Assembly: GCA_964469955.1 (NCBI GenBank) | Contig: CAYXZK010000005.1 | Location: forward strand, 47,410 to 111,409 | Reading direction: 5' to 3' | Origin: an uncultured Candidatus Saccharibacteria bacterium | Lineage (GTDB): Bacteria; Patescibacteriota; Minisyncoccia; Minisyncoccales; GWA2-38-27 | DNA length: 64,000 bases | Shown here: positions 57,230-64,000 of the stretch, in pieces | Layout: every line of letters starts with the position of its first letter | Numbering within the stretch: the stretch's first letter is position 1 | Program-made: the position numbers and the translations under genes | Notes under the pieces: model-generated | Told to the model about the DNA's origin: nothing | Databases searched by the model: none | Seen by the model: only the letters and a program-made list of their open reading frames with translations

Positions 57230-58975
57230 TTATTCCGCAATTACTCTTAAAACTTCTTCGATAGAAGTTATGCCTTGAACCGCTTTAATTAATCCATCTT
57301 CAATCATAGTTTGCATTCCTTCTCTGCGCGCTTGATTTGTAATTTCGCTAGCAGTTGCTCGTTTAACAATTAAACCTTTGATAGTTTCCGTCACCCTTAA
57401 AACTTCTAAGATTCCTATTCTGCCCTTATATCCTTTGGGACATTCCTTAGAAGGTTTAGGTCTAAAAAAAGCTATATCTCTAAAAGTATCTTTCGGTTTT
57501 ATTATTTTTTCTTCTTTCAAAATATCGAGTAATCGGTTTAAGTCACAATATTTAGATATATTTTCTAAATCATTTTTATCTAAAAAATATTTTTCTTTTT
57601 CCGAACACAACCTTCTTACTAATCTCTGCGCTAAAATAACCTGCAAGGTAGAAGAAATTAAAAATGGCTCAGCCCCCATATCAATTAAACGCGGGATAGT
57701 CCCAGAAGCGCTAATTGTATGCAAACTAGATAAAACCAAATGCCCTGTCAAGGCGGCATTAATAGCTAAGTTAGCGGTTTCCTTGTCTCTGATCTCGCCA
57801 ACCATAATTATATCAGGGTCTTGCCTAACCAAAGACCTTAACCCATTAGCAAAAGTTAAACCAATTTTTGAATTAATCTGTGTTTGATTAATTCTTGGCA
57901 TCCTATATTCAACTGGATCTTCAACGGTCGAAATATTTACTTGAGGGGTATTTAAAATTTCCATTATAGAGTAAAGCGTTGTAGTTTTACCCGAACCCGT
58001 CGGCCCAGTAACAAGGATCATGCCAACCGGCTTTTTTAGCGCATCTTGGGTCTTTTCCAAAGCCTCCCCTTTTAAACCAAGTTCTTCTAACGTAAGAGCG
58101 TTTGATGTTTCTGATAAAAGCCTCATAACGATTTTTTCACCATTGAAAATCGGTAAAACTGAAACCCTGATAGAATATTTATATTCTTTGTCCCTAATCT
58201 TGAATCTCCCGTCTTGCGGCAATCTGTGCTCATCTAACTTTAATTTTGAGAGAACTTTAATTCTCGCCACAATCCCGGAGCTAACATTTTTCGGAAGCAC
58301 CATAGCATCGCGTAAAATTCCGTCAATTCTATATCTAACAATTACTTCTCTTTCAGTAGGTTCAATATGAACATCGGAAGCTCTTTGTAAAATCGCGTGT
58401 TTTATTAAAGTATTTACAATTCTAATTATTGGTAGTTTTTTAGCAGCTTTTTTTAGTTCTACTTCTTTTTCAACGCTCTTTTCTTTGACAAGAGACATTT
58501 TCCCCGCCTCTTTGTCTATAATTTCTCCAAATTCAACTTTTAAAGTTTTTTGATACTGCTTTAGAATATTTTTGATACTTTGAACGGTTGTTAGTCTTGC
58601 TAAAATTTTCAAATTAGATTTCTTTTTTATGAATTCAATTGTTCTTAGATCTCTTGGGTCAAGCATAGCCACCTCTAAATTCTCTCCTGTTTTTCTAAAA
58701 GCAACAATATCATGTTTTCTGGCAACTGGCTCTGGAATTATTTTTAAAACATCATAAGGAATAACTTCATTTTCCAAATTCACGAACGGAATGCCTAAAA
58801 TATAAGCTTCTAATTTGATCAATTCTCCTTCAGAAATTAAACCGTTTGAAACCAAAACATCCCCAATTTCTTTTCGGGTTTTTTTTGCTTTTTTTTCGGC
58901 TTGTTCAAATTGAGACTTGCTAACCAAACCAATGTCAAGCAAAAACGCTTTTAACTGTTGTGGCTCTATGTTCAT
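57230..58975 (-). CDS. pilB: Type IV pilus assembly ATPase PilB (GspE family)
   Basis: ASDVHIEP, RYRIDG, PQDGR, GPTGSGKTTT, TVEDPVE, RQDPDIIMVGEIRD, TGHLVLSSLH. Confidence 0.95.
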   Translation of the reverse strand: MNIEPQQLKAFLLDIGLVSKSQFEQAEKKAKKTRKEIGDVLVSNGLISEGELIKLEAYILGIPFVNLENEVIPYDVLKIIPEPVARKHDIVAFRKTGENLEVAMLDPRDLRTIEFIKKKSNLKILARLTTVQSIKNILKQYQKTLKVEFGEIIDKEAGKMSLVKEKSVEKEVELKKAAKKLPIIRIVNTLIKHAILQRASDVHIEPTEREVIVRYRIDGILRDAMVLPKNVSSGIVARIKVLSKLKLDEHRLPQDGRFKIRDKEYKYSIRVSVLPIFNGEKIVMRLLSETSNALTLEELGLKGEALEKTQDALKKPVGMILVTGPTGSGKTTTLYSIMEILNTPQVNISTVEDPVEYRMPRINQTQINSKIGLTFANGLRSLVRQDPDIIMVGEIRDKETANLAINAALTGHLVLSSLHTISASGTIPRLIDMGAEPFLISSTLQVILAQRLVRRLCSEKEKYFLDKNDLENISKYCDLNRLLDILKEEKIIKPKDTFRDIAFFRPKPSKECPKGYKGRIGILEVLRVTETIKGLIVKRATASEITNQARREGMQTMIEDGLIKAVQGITSIEEVLRVIAE

Positions 58976-59050
58976 AAATTATTTAGAACTATCAATGTTT
59001 TAAATCTATCAATTCCTTTGCCTAAATAGTTTTATGTTTACCTTAAATTA

Positions 59051-59416
59051 TTATTTTAGGATTCCTTTAACTTTTTGCACAATTTCTTCTAACTTATATT
59101 GAGTTTTGATTAAATAAGCGGCCGCTCCTAAAGCAAGAGCTTTTTCTATATCTTCAATTCTTTCTATATTAGTTAAAATTATTACTGGAATTTTTTTTGT
59201 TTCTGGGCTCTCTTTAAGCGCTCTAAGAACCTCAAATCCCTCTTTTTTGGGCAAAATCAAGTCAAGAATGATCAAATCAGGAATTTGGGAGATGGCTATA
59301 TTTAAACCTTTTTCTCCGTCAAAAGCGTTAGCTATTTCATAATTCTGCTCTTTTAAAGCGCTTCCAAGAGCTTTTTGGAGCACAGACTCATCTTCAATAA
59401 GTAATATTTTTTTCAT
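59051..59416 (-). CDS. Single-domain response regulator (receiver only)
   Basis: ILLIEDE, PDLIILDLILP, IILTN, YLIK; no output domain. Confidence 0.93.
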   Translation of the reverse strand: MKKILLIEDESVLQKALGSALKEQNYEIANAFDGEKGLNIAISQIPDLIILDLILPKKEGFEVLRALKESPETKKIPVIILTNIERIEDIEKALALGAAAYLIKTQYKLEEIVQKVKGILK

Positions 59417-59506
59417 ATTTCTTACAACTCATAATCCGTAGAATGTAACTTAAAAATATTTAAAATTTAAAATTTTTAGGTTACAAATTACAAACTATAA
59501 ACTTTA

Positions 59507-60457
59507 TTATTTAATTGGTATTGTAAAATAAAACGTTGTTCCTTCTTTTTCTTTTGAATCAAACCAAATTTTTCCTTTTAATCTTTTTATTATTAGTTTT
59601 GAAATATATAAACCCAATCCACTGCCTTGAGTTTCTTCTTTTAGCAAATTTTCTGACCTAAAAAACTTTTGAAAAATATATTTTTGGTCTTTTTGGGGAA
59701 TCCCGACACCGTTATCTTTTATCTTGAATAAAAAATTATTCTTTTGTTTCTTAAGATAAATATCAATCTTCCCTTTCCCCGAAGTATAACGAATAGAATT
59801 GCCCACTAAACTATCTATAACTAATTTTAAATAGTAACTATCGGTAAATATCTTCGGTAAATTATTTTCACAATGAAGATTCAGTTTAGTTTTTGAGGCA
59901 TCGCTAAAAAATCTAAAGCGTTTAATTGATTCTTCCACCTCTTTTTCTAGAAAAAATTCTTTTTTCTTTAAGGTAAATTTTTTATCCTCCACCCTAGAAA
60001 CAACCAACAAATCATCAATCAATTCCACCATTAAGTTAATGCTTTCTTTGGCATCGTTAAAATACTTTTTTCTTTCTGTTGGGGTTAATTTTGTTTTATT
60101 CGTTGTCAAAAGTTCAATAACCCATTTCAGTCCTGTTAAAGGCGATCTAATATGATGAGAAGCTATATCAATAAATTCTGATCTCATTCTGGCTACTTCT
60201 AACAATCTTTCAAAATTATGAATAATCGTAAAAAAGATAATAAATAAAACTATTGAGATTGTAAGCACTAACAAAGCCACTTTGGCGTGATCAAGCGTAT
60301 AATAATTAGTTCCGATTAAATAAAAAACAATTGAAACGCTAATAATTATTACACCCATTACTAAAAAAAGAAATTGAGGACACTGCCAAAAAGGAATTCC
60401 AAACTTTTGACATTTTGAAAAAATATTTAGATGTTTTAAAAGTTTTTTAAAATCCAT
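59507..60457 (-). CDS. Two-TM sensor histidine kinase
   Basis: ASHHIRSPL H-box, LVGNSIRY N-box, DNGVGIP, FQKFFR, GSGLGLYI. Confidence 0.93.
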   Translation of the reverse strand: MDFKKLLKHLNIFSKCQKFGIPFWQCPQFLFLVMGVIIISVSIVFYLIGTNYYTLDHAKVALLVLTISIVLFIIFFTIIHNFERLLEVARMRSEFIDIASHHIRSPLTGLKWVIELLTTNKTKLTPTERKKYFNDAKESINLMVELIDDLLVVSRVEDKKFTLKKKEFFLEKEVEESIKRFRFFSDASKTKLNLHCENNLPKIFTDSYYLKLVIDSLVGNSIRYTSGKGKIDIYLKKQKNNFLFKIKDNGVGIPQKDQKYIFQKFFRSENLLKEETQGSGLGLYISKLIIKRLKGKIWFDSKEKEGTTFYFTIPIK

Positions 60458-60590
60458 TTGATTGTAATTAAATGCTTAACATTAATGAGCCTAAAAGATT
60501 ATTTAAATTATAACATTTTATTTTCAAATTATGAAATATAGTTATAAATATTGAACAATCCAAGATATAATGATATACATAGAAAATAAA

Positions 60591-60663
60591 CGGGGCATGG
60601 TGTAATGGTTAACATATGCGCTTTGGGAGCGCAGGATTCCCGGTTCGAGTCCGGGTGCCCCGA
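60591..60663 (+). tRNA. tRNA-Pro(TGG)
   Basis: CGGGGCA/TGCCCCG acceptor, TGCGC-TTTGGGA-GCGCA, GGTTCGAGTCC. Confidence 0.95.
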
Positions 60664-60678
60664 AAAAATAGATTTAAT

Positions 60679-60752
60679 GCGGGTGTAGTTTAGTGGCAGA
60701 ACCTCAGATTTCCAATCTGATGGCGAGGGTTCGACTCCCTTCACCCGCTCCA
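60679..60752 (+). tRNA. tRNA-Gly(TCC)
   Basis: GCGGGTG/CACCCGC acceptor, TCAGA-TTTCCAA-TCTGA, GGTTCGACTCC, encoded CCA. Confidence 0.96.
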
Positions 60753-60836
60753 AAATTTTATTGACGTATATTCCCGCTATCTTGTAATTTTTTAAGGTAT
60801 TAAGGTATAATGAAAGATATAAAAAATTAAAAATCT

Positions 60837-61184
60837 ATGGTTAAAAAAATTAAAAAAGCGATTTTCCCAGGATTAACTTTGATAGTCTCATTTTACTATG
60901 TTTCAATTATATTTGTTGTCGGCATAATTCTTGGATATCTTGGAACAGATTTCTTTAAGAAAAAATTTTTAGACACAGGTAAAATAAAATTAATAATTCT
61001 TAGATTAGGCGATTATAGAATTCATGTGCATCATTGGATACTGGGAGGCATGGCAATATCTTTCGTTGCTTATGTAAATCTTGTTTATAGCTTGCCTGTT
61101 GTCGTTTTAGGAGGATTGGGCGGACTAATCGTCCATGACTTTTACACTGACAAAGAATGGTATAGGGTTATATATAAAAAATAA
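60837..61184 (+). CDS. Hypothetical membrane protein
   Basis: Hydrophobic segments with RIHVHHW and GGLIVHD His motifs. Confidence 0.7.
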   Translation: MVKKIKKAIFPGLTLIVSFYYVSIIFVVGIILGYLGTDFFKKKFLDTGKIKLIILRLGDYRIHVHHWILGGMAISFVAYVNLVYSLPVVVLGGLGGLIVHDFYTDKEWYRVIYKK

Positions 61185-61209
61185 AAAAATTTAATTTTTT
61201 TAATCAACG

Positions 61210-61238
61210 CAAAACCCGCTTTCAAAAAGCGGGTTTTG
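61210..61238. terminator. Bidirectional terminator
   Basis: CAAAACCCGCTTT-CAA-AAAGCGGGTTTTG between convergent genes. Confidence 0.8.
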
Positions 61239-61297
61239 TTAACTCCAAGGTTATCAACATCTTCGGAAACCATTTACAGTTATCAATGATCGGTAAT

Positions 61298-62827
61298 TTA
61301 GCGCGCGTATTCAATTATTCTGTTTTCTCTGATTACAGTCACTTTTATTTCTCCTGGATAGCGCAACTCTCTTTGGATTTTATTAGCAATACCTTTTGCC
61401 ATTTTTTCTGTCGCGAAATCGTTTATTTCATCAGGCTTTACAAACACCCGTATTTCTCTTCCTGCTTGAATGGCGTATGCTTTCTTTACTCCCGAGAAAG
61501 ACATCGCAATATTTTCGAGTTCTTCTAAACGTTTAATGTAATTTTCTAAGGTATCTTTTCTCGCCCCAGGTCTTGCACCAGAAATTTGATCCGCCACTTG
61601 TACTATAATCGCTTCAACTGTTTCATAAGGATATTCCTCATGATGAGATTTCATAGCATCAATTACCGCTTTTTCTACCCCAAACTTTTCCAAAATTCTC
61701 ATACCAATTTTAACATGCGAACCTTCTGTTTGATGATCAAGAGCTTTGCCAATATCGTGTAACAATCCGGCTTTTTTAGCTACTTGAGCGTCAGCATTTA
61801 ATTCAGCGGCAATTGCTTCCGCCAAATAGGAAACTTCTATTGAATGCAATAAAACATTTTGTCCATAACTAGTCCTGAAATGCAATCTTCCCAAAAGTTG
61901 AACTATTTTAGGGTCTAAATTAATTATCCCTGTTTCGTAAACGACTCTTTCGCCTGCTTCTTTTATTTCTGAAACTATTTCTGCTTCAGCTTTTTGAACC
62001 ATTTCTTCAATTCGAGCTGGTTGTATTCTGCCATCTTGAATTAATTTTTCTAAAGCATTTTTCGCAATTTGTCTTCTAACAGGATCAAAGCCAGATATAA
62101 GAACCATTTCAGGCGTTTCGTCAACCATAATTTCAACTCCTGTTAATTTTTCCAATGTCTTAATGTTCCTACCCTCCTTACCAATAATTCTTCCTTTTAT
62201 ATCATCTGAAGGAAGATTTACGCTTGTTGTCGTTATTTCTTGCGCTTGAGAAAGAGCGCATTTTTGGATAGCAAAAGCCAATATCTCTCTTGCTTTTCTT
62301 TCGTATCTCTCAAATCCGTCAACTTTTAGTTTTCTCATTTTCTCTAAAATTTCTACTTCATATTCTTTCTCAATATTATCCAACAATTCCTTCTTAGCTT
62401 CTTCTTTGGGTAGTTTAGAAATTTTTTCCAACCTTTCTAAGGCTTCTTTTTTTAAATCCTCCAGAGATAATTTTATAGCTTTTAATTTGCTAACTTTTTG
62501 TAAAAATTCTTTTTCTTTTTCGTCTAATATTGACGCTTTTTTACCTAAAGAATTTTCCCTTTGTAACAAGATTTTATCCGCGCTAAAAAGTTGTTTTTTC
62601 TGCTCTTCTGTTTCTTTTTTTGCTTTTTCAATAATTTGAGATGCTTCCTTTTCCGCTTTTGCTTTAATTAATTCTATTTCTTTTTTAACTTGAGCAACTT
62701 TTTTCTGCAAAAGAACTTCTATTCCATCTGCTTTTTTTCTGGCAATTGATTGTCTGGCGTAATAACCCAAAAGAGCCCCAGCGATTAAAGCAAACACGCC
62801 TATTAAAAGTAGGATAAGTTGATTCAT
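61298..62827 (-). CDS. rny: Ribonuclease Y (start moved to the ATG at 62827)
   Basis: N-terminal TM, coiled coil, KH motif KGRIIGKEGRNI, RTSYGQNVL.HS, LLHDIGK, ARPGAR. Confidence 0.97.
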   Translation of the reverse strand: MNQLILLLIGVFALIAGALLGYYARQSIARKKADGIEVLLQKKVAQVKKEIELIKAKAEKEASQIIEKAKKETEEQKKQLFSADKILLQRENSLGKKASILDEKEKEFLQKVSKLKAIKLSLEDLKKEALERLEKISKLPKEEAKKELLDNIEKEYEVEILEKMRKLKVDGFERYERKAREILAFAIQKCALSQAQEITTTSVNLPSDDIKGRIIGKEGRNIKTLEKLTGVEIMVDETPEMVLISGFDPVRRQIAKNALEKLIQDGRIQPARIEEMVQKAEAEIVSEIKEAGERVVYETGIINLDPKIVQLLGRLHFRTSYGQNVLLHSIEVSYLAEAIAAELNADAQVAKKAGLLHDIGKALDHQTEGSHVKIGMRILEKFGVEKAVIDAMKSHHEEYPYETVEAIIVQVADQISGARPGARKDTLENYIKRLEELENIAMSFSGVKKAYAIQAGREIRVFVKPDEINDFATEKMAKGIANKIQRELRYPGEIKVTVIRENRIIEYAR

Positions 62828-63030
62828 ATTTAGTAATAAGAATTTGGTTTTTAAGCAACACTTTAATTTACACAAATTTGAACAAAAATTCGCATAAAAG
62901 TTATTTAAGCATTCTCGCGCTCTGTTCAGTGTTATTTTGTGTTATTTTAAGTAAATCCAACATTCTAAGTTAAAATTTATTAGTACTTTGAATCTCGAAA
63001 TTATATTTCAAGGTTCTAAGTAGTAGTAAA

Positions 63031-63059
63031 ATTATAGCAAAATTATTTAATAATGTCAA
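63031..63059 (-). promoter_or_regulatory. Consensus sigma70 promoter upstream of the rny leader
   Basis: TTGACA-17 bp-TATAAT with the extended TG. Confidence 0.75.
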
Positions 63060-63067
63060 AAATAAAA

Positions 63068-63089
63068 TTACAGGGATTATTCCCTGTAA
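63068..63089. terminator. Hairpin downstream of clpP
   Basis: TTACAGGGA-TTAT-TCCCTGTAA. Confidence 0.55.
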
Positions 63090-63152
63090 CCTTATTTCTA
63101 AACAATAATATCTCTTAAAAATTCGTTAAAAAAACATATTTGGTAATCTATC

Positions 63153-63746
63153 TTACCCGATTTGATCTTCTTTTTTAATTACTTCGTCAATGATTCCATA
63201 GGTTTTCGCTTCTTCTGAAGATAAATAGAAATCTCTGTCGGTGTCTTTTTCTAGTTTTTCTAAAGAATTACCTGTGTGTTTAGCTAAAATCTTATTTAAC
63301 TTATTCTTTATTTTTATAATTTGCTTAGCGGTAATTTCTACATCAATCGCGGGACCAGTAGCTCCTCCAGCGACTTGATGGAGTAAAATTTCGGCATTTG
63401 GCAAAGCAAATCGTTTACCAGCTTCTCCTGTTGCGAGCAATACTGCTCCCATTGATGCCGCTAAACCGAAGCAAATAGTCGCAATCGGGCATTTCACATA
63501 TTGCATTGTGTCATAAATAGCTAAACCAGCTGTTACTGAACCTCCCGGAGTATTGATATAAAGCTGAATATCTTTTTTAGAATCTTTACTAGCCAAAAAA
63601 AGCATTTGAGCGATAATTGAATTGGCCAAAGTGTCGTTGATTGGGCCTGTTAAAAAAATAATTCTCTCTTTCAAAAGTCTTGAATAAATATCGTAAGCCC
63701 TTTCTCCATATTTTGTTTTCTCTAAAACTGTAGGAACTAAATTCAT
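63153..63746 (-). CDS. clpP: ATP-dependent Clp protease proteolytic subunit
   Basis: [40 protein letters not shown]. Confidence 0.98.
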   Translation of the reverse strand: MNLVPTVLEKTKYGERAYDIYSRLLKERIIFLTGPINDTLANSIIAQMLFLASKDSKKDIQLYINTPGGSVTAGLAIYDTMQYVKCPIATICFGLAASMGAVLLATGEAGKRFALPNAEILLHQVAGGATGPAIDVEITAKQIIKIKNKLNKILAKHTGNSLEKLEKDTDRDFYLSSEEAKTYGIIDEVIKKEDQIG

Positions 63747-63824
63747 ATTTATTTAAGCTAATTCGTATAAAAGCGTAACAAATTCTTAATAGCTTATATC
63801 TTTTGTGTCGCAGTTTATTGTTAA

Positions 63825-64000
63825 TTAGCTAATATTAATAAATTGTTCAAGTAATTGAAAAACTTTTTCATTCCGGATTTTTTCTTTAGCGTATTCTTTA
63901 ATATTTTCAGAATCAAAATCTTTTTCAGCTTTATTGATGTTCGGAATATTTTTTAATAATTTCTGCGTTTCTGCCCCTATTTCTTGGTCTGAAATTTCTA
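63825..64000 (-). CDS. tig: Trigger factor, C-terminal end (partial)
   Basis: EISDQEIGAE...IKEYAKEKIRNEKVFQLLEQ* directly upstream of clpP (conserved tig-clpP order). Confidence 0.8.
   Translation of the reverse strand, partial: EISDQEIGAETQKLLKNIPNINKAEKDFDSENIKEYAKEKIRNEKVFQLLEQFINIS

Noticed and set aside
49536-60752. Pilus locus between tRNA genes as an integrated genomic island
   Set aside because: No integrase, no duplicated tRNA 3' end seen, and composition looks like the rest of the window
60529-60753. 74-aa minus-strand ORF
   Set aside because: It is the reverse complement of tRNA-Gly and tRNA-Pro

Overview
AT-rich, gene-dense chromosomal segment that looks like a Patescibacteria (CPR, Parcubacteria/Nealsonbacteria-like) genome. 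This is an inference from gene content and style: few Shine-Dalgarno sites, rpoBC detached from rplKAJL, a secG-oppA pair, a type IV pilus locus with no pilQ in the window, and TGA used as a stop. Most of it is housekeeping (rpmI-rplT, polX, greA-like, groES/EL, secG, rnj, trpS, manB, rpsF-ssb-rpsR, recA, ftsK, rpoBC, rodA, ligA, htrA, rny, clpP, tig, 6 tRNAs), plus a kinase/receiver-pilB-pilC-minor pilin-pilMNO locus. Standouts: (1) a three-gene radical [4Fe-4S] dehydratase/activase-like module whose ATP-dependent activase is split by a 416-aa LAGLIDADG intein inserted exactly at the Fe-S ligand Cys; (2) an unannotated ~130-165 nt rod-shaped ncRNA (6S-like) with its own promoter and terminator at 47.6-47.8 kb; (3) unannotated microproteins at 42.1-43.2 kb, including a 40-aa acidic peptide with its own consensus promoter and terminator; (4) an OppA-type binding protein with an inserted peptidoglycan-binding domain; (5) REP-like palindromes and dispersed heptamer micro-arrays. 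No CRISPR array, rRNA, transposase, integrase or prophage was seen. All calls come from reading motifs by eye; no database searches were run.
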